This document shows, in pieces, positions 45,303-55,236 of a DNA stretch of 58,536 nucleotides. The DNA comes from Escherichia phage E21. Every line of letters begins with the position of its first letter. Position 1 is the stretch's first letter. Position numbers and translations under genes: made by a program. Where the stretch lies: the sequence record NC_052983.1. One strand, 5' to 3'. The notes below the pieces were generated by a model that was not told the DNA's origin, made no database searches, and was given only the letters and a program-made list of their open reading frames with translations.

Positions 45303-46991
45303 CTAAACGGTTCGCTCCATCGGAATATTTACGAATACGAGCGTAACTGTGCTTACTCCCCGACTATCAGTTAATCGTTGGAACTCAATAGAATCTATAT
45401 CTAAGCGAGTTATCGGCATATAGCATACACGACGAACGTCACTCATTGCAATGTTAGGTAGTGTCTCTGCTAAGAATAGCCACTCCTCCCCTCGCATAGT
45501 TCTACTTGAGATTATCGTGTTGTAAAAAACTCGGCCGTCAAACAACTCGATCATGATGTGTTTTCGGGTGTTCTGGCTACTTTGGCCGTAAAGCGTATAG
45601 CCTGATGGGTGTACTCTAAGCGCCCCGTCGTTGGTATTGATATCTTGTATCAGTTCAAATTCATCTCGGTACGTCGGTAAGTGAAATGATTTCCACCGGC
45701 CATTCATTGTGTGGATCATCTCTACGAATTTACGCATATCCTCACGGCCGTTAATATGGAACCCGAGTCGTTCCCATTGTTGCGCTTGACCTCCCGGATA
45801 GGCCATTGAAATACCGCCCACCTGACCATCGAAAAATACTGCATTCGACCCGTATGTAAATGCGATATCCCTAAAGTTAGGTTCCATAGTGAACACACGC
45901 AATCCGGTATTTTTGTAAACCGGAGCGTCCCACTTCTCAAATATTGTCGGGTCTTCGGTTACGCTGAATTGTAGTTGAGTCGTGCTAACTTGATCCGTGA
46001 GTTGCGATACTTCGGCCGTTAGTTCCACGCGAGATTGTCGCATAGGCGTTATTGTGCTACCGAGAATGAAATCTCTTTGTAAACCATACCGTAATACGAT
46101 TTTATTGTCGGAGTATTCTTTGATGACATTCAACTCAAAAGCGAGCATGTCGTAAGGTTCTCTAATGATCACCGTATCATTAACGCGTAGCGGTATGTCT
46201 TTAAAGTCCCCCAACACTTCCACGGTAGCCACGGTTAGTTTGTTGTCTACGACTTCTTCGTAAAACCATAAGGGGACTAAACCCTCGTTAGGGCCAACGG
46301 CCGTAAGGTATCCGTCAATTAGGTTTCTCGTTACTCCGAAACTAGCAAAACTCGCCGTCAAGTGTTGTCTCGGTTGCTCTCTTAGTCGTCTACGTTGTTC
46401 CGCGCCCGTTTCTGATTGAAGAACGTCAGTGAGCCACGATAGCCCCTCAACTACGCCATCTTTCCAGTTTGGTTTCGGTAGGAACACCGGCAATTGTAGT
46501 CGATTGTCTACCGAGAACGGAGGTCGTGGGGGCATATCTTCCATTTCGATAGGAACGATATTCCCTATATACTCATTCGCTCTCGATACTTCAAATACTT
46601 CTCCGGTACTATCATGTATCACGTAGATGAAATACGCTGGCTCATTAGTCGCGTTGGCCGTATACCAGATATCGAATTTAATTACCGCGTTGGCCGTTAT
46701 CGAAAATTTTGCGGTAGTGGGCGTAGTCCAAGACCCACCGTTACTAACATTATCCGCGATGACGGTTCCCTCAAGACCAACACCGCCGAAGCCGTTAGCG
46801 ATCATCGATATCGTATATTCCCCCGCCGGAAAACGAGTCCATTTAGACCCGTAATATTTTTGACCGACGTCGGGCTTGTCATAGATTTCTTGGGCGAATA
46901 TTTGGTACGCCCCCGAAAGGCGGGCGCTCTGTTCTGGCGCCAACCCCTCGGAATTTGTCTCCCTAAACGGCCGTAATCCTAATAGTGCCAT
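45303..46991 (-). CDS. minor/distal tail protein
   Basis: 562 aa, immediately downstream of tape measure gene. Confidence 0.5.
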   Translation of the reverse strand: MALLGLRPFRETNSEGLAPEQSARLSGAYQIFAQEIYDKPDVGQKYYGSKWTRFPAGEYTISMIANGFGGVGLEGTVIADNVSNGGSWTTPTTAKFSITANAVIKFDIWYTANATNEPAYFIYVIHDSTGEVFEVSRANEYIGNIVPIEMEDMPPRPPFSVDNRLQLPVFLPKPNWKDGVVEGLSWLTDVLQSETGAEQRRRLREQPRQHLTASFASFGVTRNLIDGYLTAVGPNEGLVPLWFYEEVVDNKLTVATVEVLGDFKDIPLRVNDTVIIREPYDMLAFELNVIKEYSDNKIVLRYGLQRDFILGSTITPMRQSRVELTAEVSQLTDQVSTTQLQFSVTEDPTIFEKWDAPVYKNTGLRVFTMEPNFRDIAFTYGSNAVFFDGQVGGISMAYPGGQAQQWERLGFHINGREDMRKFVEMIHTMNGRWKSFHLPTYRDEFELIQDINTNDGALRVHPSGYTLYGQSSQNTRKHIMIELFDGRVFYNTIISSRTMRGEEWLFLAETLPNIAMSDVRRVCYMPITRLDIDSIEFQRLTDSRGVSTVTLVFVNIPMERTV

Positions 46992-46996
46992 CTATG

Positions 46997-49900
46997 TTAT
47001 GTCCTCTTAGAGCTTCCGCGATTTAATATGCTACGGATCGCGGGTGATTTTCGGTTTAAGTTAACAATCATAACCTGCTCGCCCTCGGCCGTTGCCATGG
47101 CTTCCGGTATCTTGCTACGGTCATCAACTGCTACTAGTTTGATGTTTGTCGGGCCGGCTTGTCCTCCCGGTCTTGCTGCCTGTCCGCCATTTGCGATATT
47201 TCTAGGGTCGTTCTTGGATAAGACTTCTTCCCCTCGCTCTAATATTGTCGGTATTTCGTTAGGCTTAATTCCGGGCATTCCCCCGTTATGGAACTTCGGA
47301 GCCGATGCAAATGTAGAGGGAGCCACGGTTCTAGACCTACCTCCGCTCCCGACCGCACCGCCGGAGTGTTTTACCGGGGCTACCACACCGCCCATCGATA
47401 CTGCTGCTGCTCCTACCCCTCCACCCATGCCGGCTATCGCATTGAGTACCATTTGTTGCATTATTGCCATAGCTATTTGTTTTAGGAAATCTGCGAAAAA
47501 CTGAGCCACTGCGACGCCTAGGTTTGCGAATGCGTCTCCGATACTTTCTGCCCCAGTTGCGACTTTAACGATCCCATCATAAGCCGAGTTGATCGCCGTG
47601 TCGAAACCTCCTAGAACCCCGTTTACAACTTGGCTGTCTAGTTTAGTGAATTCACCCTCAACGCCTTGTAGTTCGGAACGTATTTTACTAATACCAGTTG
47701 TTATCCGGACTAGTTCTTCTTCACTGAATAATGTAGATGACTGCGCCACTTGGTTGCTAAGAGCGTCTAGTGATGAAGATATCGCCCCTATTGACCCCTC
47801 ATTTATGGCCTTGATCGCGTCAGCTTGTTGCTGGTCATCAATCAAGCCCGCTTTTCTTTTGGCGTTGATTTCTTCAATCTTGTTCTTTTTGATCTCTAAT
47901 TGCGCATTAACTGCATCTTGAAGACGCTTAACCTCCTCGACTTGCATTTTCTCTGAGAGATAGAGGTTTGTTTTCTCTCGTAGCTTCTCCAAGTTGTCGG
48001 CCAGTTGTTTGCCCTCTTGTCCGCCTATGGCTAGGGCCTCTTTTTTCAACGCATTAATCTTAACGTTTGACTTCTCGATCTCCGCGTTAATTCGGTCATC
48101 GAGAGACGACTCCGGATCAGCCTTAGTTTGACGTCTGTTAACTTCTGCGTTCATTCTTTCAAGCGCTTGCGTGATAGCATCGATCTTGCGCTTACGCTTA
48201 TCTAGGCCACCGCTAGAACTTTGTTGAGCATTGAATAGCATCGTCTCTGACCGTTTCGCGTGAGCTACTAGGTCGTCGATTTGCTTTTTCATCTCGTCGC
48301 CCTCTTTGCCACCGATGGCTTTCGCTTTTTCATACATCTTAGCGTATTCTTCATCGATGATTTGTAGGCGTCCTGCGAGGCTCTTACGTTGTGCTGCTTT
48401 TCTGGCTGCTAGGTCGGCTTTCTCCTCCGCGTTCTGGCGTTTCTCGATCTCCTTTTTCAACGCACGCATGTCGAGGTCTCTTTGACCTATTCCCGTTCCG
48501 GGGTCTTTCTGAAACTCGAATCCGCTTTGTTTCTTGGCTAACTGTTCTGCAGCCTTGCTCACCAGTTCCATTGAACCGATTACGGCTCCGGCGGTCTTTC
48601 CGGCATTGTCTGCCACCGTTTCCATGGCTTTTTCGTGGACATAAGATACGTCGCCGGTCATCTTATCCCAATTGTCTACGATATCTTTGCTGAGCTTATT
48701 CGAAGACTCGAATATCTCACGGTCAGCTTTCGTCAGGTCGTCAGTAATACCCATGACCCATGCGCTTAGTGAGTCCCCCACCACAGGTAACATTCCTAAC
48801 AGGTCTGCCAACCACTTGCCAACTTGTTTGATGGAATCACCGAACAACGTAGTTATTGGCCTGACGAACGACACTAATAAATCATATATCGCAGTACCCG
48901 GTACTTTCGCATAATCGATTAGCATCTTGCCGAGGTACTTAGCCCGCTCGATCGTCTCGTCGCAAAACTTCCGGAACGCTTCGTTGTTCTCGTAGAGAAT
49001 GGAAACCATATCCCACGCTAACAGGGCCACCCCGACAAACGGTATCGCTCTTAGTAGAAGTTTCAGCGCACCGGTGAGTAGTCCTGTGCTAGCAATTAGA
49101 GATCCGATACCTCCTACCAAGCGTTTTCCTAGAGGCAATACCGTTGAAATGACGCCCTTAACTTCCTTGAATACGGATATCAAATTCCGGCCGGTGGATA
49201 CTAAGATCTTTATCACCTTTATCGATGCTAAGACCTTTAGGGCGTCTATTAGTAGGTCTACATTATCCACGGCCCATATCACCCCGTCGGCAATCGCGGA
49301 GAACGCTGTTCCGAGTTTTTCGGCTGCTTCTTTACCTCGGTCTGATGTGATGAACTCCGTCAGTTTCTCCAACATCGAGGTATACGCTTCGATGAACCCG
49401 GATTTTGATATCGCCAGTTTGAGGTTGAACATCGCATTTGATGCTCTAGCTTCGATCGCATCTACGCCTTTTTGCGCTTCGGCGAGTTGCGCTTCGATAG
49501 CTTTGCCTTGTTCGTTCGCGAAGTTAATCACGGATCTGGCGTCTACCTCGCCATTCTCCATCATCTTTGTAAATTCGGGTATGGTCTTACCTAAACTTTT
49601 CGCGAACATCGCTACGGCGCCGGGGAGACGTTCACCTAATTGTTGCCTCAACTCCTCTGCATAAACTTGTCCTTTCGAGAGCATTTGTTCCAAGGCCAAG
49701 AACACGCCGTTCATATCATCGTCGGATAGGTGATATACGCGAGCCGTCTTTGCGATATTCTCAAAGATAAATTTAGCTTCTTTCTGCGATAGGCCTACTT
49801 CCTTAGCCGATACCGCAAACTTGGTATATGCCTTACTTAGTGTTTCAATTTTAATACCGAGCGCATCTGAGAGGCCTAACATATACTCCCATTCTTTCGC

Positions 49901-51328
49901 TCGTTCTTCCGGGCCAGACCCCACCACCGTTCCGATTTTAACCATGGCTTGTTGTTGAACCTTAAAGGCCTCTACCGCACCTTTCGCCATGTCTACGGCG
50001 CCTTGAACCCCGATGTAGGCTGACGCCAGACTAAGAACGTCACCACGCATTCTCTGCATGAATGACAACGTGGTACGTCCCTCGTCTCGGAAGAATGAAA
50101 AGGCTTTGCCGGAAGATCGGGCGCTACCGGACAACCGCTCTAACGATGCTCGGAGGTTATTAATACCGCCCACCGAGTTTTGTACTAATCCCCGGAGTCG
50201 TTGTTGTTCCGCTCCTAGGTTTCTAGTATCAATACCGGCTGACCGTAACGCGGATTGAGTCTGTCTAGCGGAAGCCGTTTCATTCCGTAACGCTTGGCTT
50301 GCTTCGCGTAGTCGAGCATTAGACGCTTGAAGTTTTGCGCCCATCTCGGCATTCGCTGTGCCGGCTTGTCTTACCTGATTTGCTAAGTTCTTAGCGTCGG
50401 CCTGTGCTGATCGGTATTCCGCTCTCGCTTTTCTCACCGCTTCGGTTTGACGTTGGAAAGTCTCGATCATGCGGGACATTCCTATCGCCGATTTCGCGGA
50501 GGCTTCTAGGGCCTTTAGGTCTGAATTCATACCGCTAGCGTCTTTGCGCCAACGTTTTGATGCCGTAGCTAAATCGTTTATCTGTTTTTCTAGTGTACCT
50601 ATCTTACGCCTAGCTGCTTCTGCCGGAGCCATCAAGTCGGCCATTTGCCCGGACATTGACGGTAAAGACGAGATCACTCGGCCAAGTGTTTGATAGCCTT
50701 TCGTGCTCGCTACCAGTTGGTTTGCTTGTAACTTCAAACTTGCTAGTAGTTGGGCGTGGGCTTTCTGTGCGCGAGTCGGCACGTCACCTATGATCTTCTC
50801 TTGGCGGGCTAGCGCTTGGTTTGTCCGGGTTACTTCATCACGTATTCTTTTCTGTGCGGTCGCAATATCATTCGACGAAATCCCGAAACGAGATAGTTCC
50901 TTGGCGGTCTTTTGTACGCTCTTGGTCGACCGGTCTTGTTGGTCGGTCAAACGCTTTACCGCTCGTTCTGCTTTGTCTAAGTCGGACTGCATTTTCTTAG
51001 TGACATTAGACGCACCGTTCATAGCGGAGGAAAGGTCACTATGTTTTTTCTTGGCTTCGGCCAATTGAGTGTTTACCTTATTAAGCGCCTCTTTCTGGCG
51101 GGTAAACATCTCTGTTAAAGAATTAAGCCGGAGCAATTGTTGTCCGGCATTCTCTAATTTCTTATATTGTTGTTCTAGTTCTCTGACCGAAGCGTCACCT
51201 CGTTTCGCTGCGTCCGCGTTACGGGTCTGCGCCGATGTTAAGTCATCTAACGTCTTTGATACTTGCTTTAGCGTTTTCTGACTATCATCTCTGGCTCTGA
51301 TCCGTAGTTCTACGTCTCTATTTGCCAC
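46997..51328 (-). CDS. tail tape measure protein
   Basis: 1443 aa, coiled-coil rich; GTG start with RBS AAAGGGG; downstream of G/GT chaperone. Confidence 0.9.
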   Translation of the reverse strand: MANRDVELRIRARDDSQKTLKQVSKTLDDLTSAQTRNADAAKRGDASVRELEQQYKKLENAGQQLLRLNSLTEMFTRQKEALNKVNTQLAEAKKKHSDLSSAMNGASNVTKKMQSDLDKAERAVKRLTDQQDRSTKSVQKTAKELSRFGISSNDIATAQKRIRDEVTRTNQALARQEKIIGDVPTRAQKAHAQLLASLKLQANQLVASTKGYQTLGRVISSLPSMSGQMADLMAPAEAARRKIGTLEKQINDLATASKRWRKDASGMNSDLKALEASAKSAIGMSRMIETFQRQTEAVRKARAEYRSAQADAKNLANQVRQAGTANAEMGAKLQASNARLREASQALRNETASARQTQSALRSAGIDTRNLGAEQQRLRGLVQNSVGGINNLRASLERLSGSARSSGKAFSFFRDEGRTTLSFMQRMRGDVLSLASAYIGVQGAVDMAKGAVEAFKVQQQAMVKIGTVVGSGPEERAKEWEYMLGLSDALGIKIETLSKAYTKFAVSAKEVGLSQKEAKFIFENIAKTARVYHLSDDDMNGVFLALEQMLSKGQVYAEELRQQLGERLPGAVAMFAKSLGKTIPEFTKMMENGEVDARSVINFANEQGKAIEAQLAEAQKGVDAIEARASNAMFNLKLAISKSGFIEAYTSMLEKLTEFITSDRGKEAAEKLGTAFSAIADGVIWAVDNVDLLIDALKVLASIKVIKILVSTGRNLISVFKEVKGVISTVLPLGKRLVGGIGSLIASTGLLTGALKLLLRAIPFVGVALLAWDMVSILYENNEAFRKFCDETIERAKYLGKMLIDYAKVPGTAIYDLLVSFVRPITTLFGDSIKQVGKWLADLLGMLPVVGDSLSAWVMGITDDLTKADREIFESSNKLSKDIVDNWDKMTGDVSYVHEKAMETVADNAGKTAGAVIGSMELVSKAAEQLAKKQSGFEFQKDPGTGIGQRDLDMRALKKEIEKRQNAEEKADLAARKAAQRKSLAGRLQIIDEEYAKMYEKAKAIGGKEGDEMKKQIDDLVAHAKRSETMLFNAQQSSSGGLDKRKRKIDAITQALERMNAEVNRRQTKADPESSLDDRINAEIEKSNVKINALKKEALAIGGQEGKQLADNLEKLREKTNLYLSEKMQVEEVKRLQDAVNAQLEIKKNKIEEINAKRKAGLIDDQQQADAIKAINEGSIGAISSSLDALSNQVAQSSTLFSEEELVRITTGISKIRSELQGVEGEFTKLDSQVVNGVLGGFDTAINSAYDGIVKVATGAESIGDAFANLGVAVAQFFADFLKQIAMAIMQQMVLNAIAGMGGGVGAAAVSMGGVVAPVKHSGGAVGSGGRSRTVAPSTFASAPKFHNGGMPGIKPNEIPTILERGEEVLSKNDPRNIANGGQAARPGGQAGPTNIKLVAVDDRSKIPEAMATAEGEQVMIVNLNRKSPAIRSILNRGSSKRT

Positions 51329-51583
51329 CTTGTAGCCCCTTTATCGTCTTGTTGAAAATCTTAGCGCCCTCTTTCCCCCATACGGCGGAGGCGATACATT
51401 GTTGCATTAATATTGCTTCCGTTGCTATTTGATTATTAACTCGCTTGATAACAATGTCTACTTCGGCCTGTACCATGCCGATCGGGTAGTGTCGTGCGAA
51501 CGTATGACCGTGGGACAGGAGGAGGCTAACCCCCTCCCTGATTTTCTCCGCATAGGAGATGAAAAAGTTTAACCCTTTTTCTT
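51318..51583 (-). CDS. T-extension of tail assembly chaperone (G-T fusion via programmed -1 frameshift)
   Basis: -1 frame is open for ~85 codons from the slippery AAAAAG just before the G stop down to a stop at 51318..51320, overlapping the tape measure start; no start codon of its own in the upstream part. Confidence 0.5.
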
Positions 51584-52021
51584 GGCTTTCTTGGCCGGAA
51601 CTGTTTTCCCGTTCGCTTCTCCCACTTTCTCCATTACGTTCGCCATGATCTTTTTTAGCGTAGCAATGTCCGAGAAAGTTAACTCAAATACGGCCATCAT
51701 TAAATCGTATTGCGCCGTTATCGGTAGGAGGGAGGCTTTATCGGCCATGGTAGGTTCGTCCGCAGAAACCGCGATAATGCTACTAATTAGCCCCGGTGCG
51801 GAGGATATCAGGGTGAGCAAGTAGTTAGCGAATACTAAACTATCTAATTCTTTCCCGGCCCCAACTCCTTGTGAATATAAGTCGAATACGCCGTCTAAAT
51901 CTTGGGCGTGTAACTGGATTAATCGAGAGATATCGTTTAGTGATAAGCCTCGAACTTCGATGGAAATAGAATCATTGATAGTTACGCTTTTTTTCGTTGG
52001 TTCGAATGCGGATAATGACAT
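51569..52021 (-). CDS. tail assembly chaperone (gpG-like)
   Basis: 150 aa from ATG 52021 (RBS GAGG); between major tail protein and tape measure; ends ...AKKAKKKG at the slippery site. Confidence 0.6.
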   Translation of the reverse strand: MSLSAFEPTKKSVTINDSISIEVRGLSLNDISRLIQLHAQDLDGVFDLYSQGVGAGKELDSLVFANYLLTLISSAPGLISSIIAVSADEPTMADKASLLPITAQYDLMMAVFELTFSDIATLKKIMANVMEKVGEANGKTVPAKKAKKKG

Positions 52022-52091
52022 TGTGATTACCTCAATAGTTGTTGACCTGAGTAGTTTATCCGCTGACAGGAAATATTTCAAACGTTAAAAC

Positions 52092-52113
52092 AAAAAAGAC
52101 GCCCGGAGGCGCC
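52092..52113 (-). terminator. rho-independent terminator directly after the major tail protein gene
   Basis: Minus RNA GGCGCC-UCCG-GGCGUC followed by UUUUUUGUUUU. Confidence 0.6.
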
Positions 52114-52159
52114 TTATATTATCCTAATTACAAATACGCGTATCCGAGGGTACGTGGCG

Positions 52160-53347
52160 TTACTTTGGGTTGACGGTAACTTCCTCCGTCGCACTTCCTC
52201 CGTCGCTATCGGTTACTGTTATCGTAACTTTTGTCGCGGAACCGGACACGGGGCCTACCGTAAGATTCACAGTGGCCTCTCCCGTAACCCCGTCTGTCTC
52301 TACACCGTCAGGGTGACTATCGGCCAGTTCCACCTCGTCGGAGCTAAAGGCAAAGACCACTTTTGTTTTTCTCGGAGCGCCGTCTTTCGTAGCTTTTACC
52401 TTAGCTACTAAAGTATCACCCTCAGTACCGGAGGTCGGAGTAACGCTAAGAGTTAGACGGTATTCCGGCTCCGGATCAGGCTTTGGGGGCGTAGATGCTC
52501 TTGCCATCGCTGACTCGATGTAAACCTGCTCCACTTTGCGGTTTTTGCGAAGAACGCTAAAGGTAAACCCAATTTGTTGCCAGTCGTCACCTTTAAGTGC
52601 ATAGTCTCCGTCAGGTTGTAACATGACTTTGGGCCAGTAGAAATCTTTCGCGCTACCTACCGGGTTAGCTGACAAGAATCGCAGTGAGCCGTAGATCATG
52701 CGGTTACGGGCAATGATGATTTCGCGAGCCTGCGCCTCGATGTCATACTGGACTACTAACTGCTGACCGTTTTTAATTTCAGTAGCGGTAGGTTCGATAT
52801 AGATACGTCCTAACTCTAGGTCGTAGTCGATCTGGCCGGCAAAATTTACTTTAGTTACACCGTCGATAGTTGACACATCGCCATCGCCTAGGTTGATGGT
52901 TGTATCACCGTCCGCCACGTAAACTAACAGATTCTCGATGTTACGAACGCCCATCGGTAGGATATCCGTTGTGCCGAGTTGGTAGTGACGACCTAATGCC
53001 ACGTTTTCGAATACTTCTTTGTTGCCTGTCACCTGAGTCTGAGTAACATGCGTTTTGTCCCCTAGGAAGAACAACGCTAGGTTGTCCGCGGAGATATGGT
53101 CGGTTGTGAATGAACCAGAACGAGAATGCTCTAGCATCACGGTTAGGTCTTTTTCACGCATACCATAATCAGACGAATAATGGTCTAACGTTTCTGTGTC
53201 AGAAGATAGTGATAACTCCGGGGTATTACCGAAATACATTTCGCCATGCTCGGAGTTGTTACAACCGTCGACGAACTTGTCGAAGAATAGTCGACCACGC
53301 CCTACGACGTAATTCTGGTCGTTGCTGCTTGTACATGGTTGTGCCAT
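52160..53347 (-). CDS. major tail (tube) protein with C-terminal Ig-like domain
   Basis: 395 aa; position upstream of G/GT; C-terminal T/S/V-rich beta-strand region after a Pro-rich linker (PPKPDPEPE). Confidence 0.7.
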   Translation of the reverse strand: MAQPCTSSNDQNYVVGRGRLFFDKFVDGCNNSEHGEMYFGNTPELSLSSDTETLDHYSSDYGMREKDLTVMLEHSRSGSFTTDHISADNLALFFLGDKTHVTQTQVTGNKEVFENVALGRHYQLGTTDILPMGVRNIENLLVYVADGDTTINLGDGDVSTIDGVTKVNFAGQIDYDLELGRIYIEPTATEIKNGQQLVVQYDIEAQAREIIIARNRMIYGSLRFLSANPVGSAKDFYWPKVMLQPDGDYALKGDDWQQIGFTFSVLRKNRKVEQVYIESAMARASTPPKPDPEPEYRLTLSVTPTSGTEGDTLVAKVKATKDGAPRKTKVVFAFSSDEVELADSHPDGVETDGVTGEATVNLTVGPVSGSATKVTITVTDSDGGSATEEVTVNPK

Positions 53348-53350
53348 GGT

Positions 53351-53863
53351 TTACCCTCTTGCTTGATTAGTGATGCCGATTACTATCGGGAGGTAGAAAA
53401 ACGCCTTAGATGATACCTCAACTTCGCTTGGTCTGACAACCTCGTCACCTAAAGTTAATTCAAAAATCCGCCCACCTAGTCGATAATACTCCGGGTATAG
53501 CGGTTTACCGGTCTCCGGCCGTACCGCATTAATCTTTTGTAACGCACATATTACGTCTTGTACTAGCTCGTATACCGGGTCGGTTTCTTGTTTAGGGTCT
53601 ATCGGGTCGACCCACCCTTGTATTAATAGGTTCCAGCCGGTTTTGTTTATGATCTTGAAGTCATCAGCGTAATCAGCGTAATTAGCCCCTTTCGCTTCAA
53701 GTATACTCACCAAAGGTACGGGGTCGTTATCTCCAAAAACGGTTCTACCGCGATAGACACTTCCGGCCAAACTATACGGCCGTATATTTTCGTTACCGTC
53801 CGATGATACTGTTTCTAGTAGAGACGTTAGTGCTTTTAGTATTTCTAATTTTTTACTTGCCAT
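53351..53863 (-). CDS. tail terminator / tail completion protein (lambda gpU position)
   Basis: 170 aa, immediately upstream of major tail gene. Confidence 0.4.
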   Translation of the reverse strand: MASKKLEILKALTSLLETVSSDGNENIRPYSLAGSVYRGRTVFGDNDPVPLVSILEAKGANYADYADDFKIINKTGWNLLIQGWVDPIDPKQETDPVYELVQDVICALQKINAVRPETGKPLYPEYYRLGGRIFELTLGDEVVRPSEVEVSSKAFFYLPIVIGITNQARG

Positions 53864-54470
53864 TGCTTAATCTCTCAAACTGCCGGAAGAACTCGCCTTC
53901 AACTAACTTCGCGATCTGAGGTGACACTTTTCCGGCCGTAGTTTCCATAACCTGATTTACCGATGGGGCGTAAAGGAGGGCCACTCGCCCGGGAACAAGC
54001 CACGCTTTGTGGGCGCTTGCTTTGTTGTTAAGTTTCTCCCCGGGAGAGAGACGAACTGCTAGTCCGGTGTTGTAATTGTCTTCTGACATACTCGCACCTG
54101 CTTTCAGTTTAACAAGAAACGCTTTCTTAAGAAAGGTTGTTCTCCCCCGACGAACTTTAACTGTTACCCCGGACTTACCCATCGTTCCGGAGGTGGCAAA
54201 ACGCGCTAGGCTGGTGGCCCTTTTCCTCGCGAGTATTGTCGCTTCTAGTTTATTGTCTGAGGCGTATCGAGCCACTTTCAGTCTGTCACCTTTTAGGTAT
54301 CCCCTAGGGAAACTTATCTCGGCCAACATTCCGTCCCGTAGCGCTTTCATGCCTGACCGGCGGACTACCGTATTTATCGCTAAACGCATAGACCGCGCCG
54401 TCATCTTCGGCATACCGTCGAAATACAGTTTTAACGCATTAACGCCCACCGTCTCCACCGATATCGCCAT
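53853..54470 (-). CDS. tail completion protein (gpZ / HK97 gp10-like position)
   Basis: 205 aa, basic. Confidence 0.45.
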   Translation of the reverse strand: MAISVETVGVNALKLYFDGMPKMTARSMRLAINTVVRRSGMKALRDGMLAEISFPRGYLKGDRLKVARYASDNKLEATILARKRATSLARFATSGTMGKSGVTVKVRRGRTTFLKKAFLVKLKAGASMSEDNYNTGLAVRLSPGEKLNNKASAHKAWLVPGRVALLYAPSVNQVMETTAGKVSPQIAKLVEGEFFRQFERLSNGK

Positions 54471-54472
54471 GA

Positions 54473-54826
54473 TTATATCCTTTTAACTTGCCACTTTGAT
54501 TCGACCGGGCCGTTGTACGGCTCTTGCGCTACCAACGACACTCGGATATCTTCGAATCCCGGGTCTGTCAATTGAATGATATTTCCGTATGCTAGTACGA
54601 CACCTTTTTCTTTCAGTTCGTCTCTATCGAAGATCATTCGGTCTACTCCGTCAATAACTTCTGAATAGCCCGCTTCCATGAGGTCGCCCATGATTGCTAT
54701 CTTATTGTGATATCGGACATACAGGGCGACCGGCTCCTGATTCCCTCTTATCAAGATAGCAGATAGGCGAAAGGCGGAATGAACCGCCTTTCTCATTTTA
54801 TATTTTTGTCTAGCCCAAGCGGTCAT
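54473..54826 (-). CDS. head-tail adaptor (gpFII-like position)
   Basis: 117 aa, same length as lambda FII. Confidence 0.4.
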   Translation of the reverse strand: MTAWARQKYKMRKAVHSAFRLSAILIRGNQEPVALYVRYHNKIAIMGDLMEAGYSEVIDGVDRMIFDRDELKEKGVVLAYGNIIQLTDPGFEDIRVSLVAQEPYNGPVESKWQVKRI

Positions 54827-55173
54827 TATAGATCGTCGTCAGCGTCGGTCTTCGCTTTGGCTCCTTTCTTATTGCTCTTTGCCGTGTCTGCGGATTTAGC
54901 TTGTTCGGCTGCGAGTTCTGCACGGGCTTGTTCTAGTGCTTCTCGTTTGATGGCTTCCATATCAACCGTCTTTTCGACGAGGGCCTTTGCCACAGATTGA
55001 TTAATCTTAATGTGGCCGATAGCGCTAGGGTTAGTTGCGTTAATCTGTTCTAACTCGGAGGTTGTGAGTTCAACTACATCGCCGATGGCCGGAACGAATT
55101 GCTGGCCGTTACGACGTAAGATGATCGTTTGAAGCGCCACGCGTTGTACTACAGTTTCTTTGGTCTCTGACAT
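54826..55173 (-). CDS. hypothetical head completion protein (gpFI position)
   Basis: 115 aa, directly after capsid gene; Ala/Lys-rich acidic-ended C-terminus. Confidence 0.3.
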   Translation of the reverse strand: MSETKETVVQRVALQTIILRRNGQQFVPAIGDVVELTTSELEQINATNPSAIGHIKINQSVAKALVEKTVDMEAIKREALEQARAELAAEQAKSADTAKSNKKGAKAKTDADDDL

Positions 55174-55200
55174 GATATTTTCTCAACTTGAATTCAATTT

Positions 55201-55222
55201 CGGGCGGTCATCTGACCACCCG
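55201..55222 (-). other. 22-bp imperfect palindrome / RNA hairpin between major capsid and FI-position genes
   Basis: CGGGCGGTCA-TC-TGACCACCCG (one mismatch); no U-run. Confidence 0.4.
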
Positions 55223-55236
55223 CATATTAGTATTAC

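Noticed and set aside
47028-51281. Multiple 60-220-aa plus-strand ORFs antisense to the tape measure gene (e.g. 47028..47504, 48999..49664, 50703..51068)
   Set aside because: Fully embedded antisense to a long, clearly coding gene; low-complexity translations; typical shadow ORFs. The same applies to antisense ORFs inside the J-like, TerL, helicase and polymerase genes.
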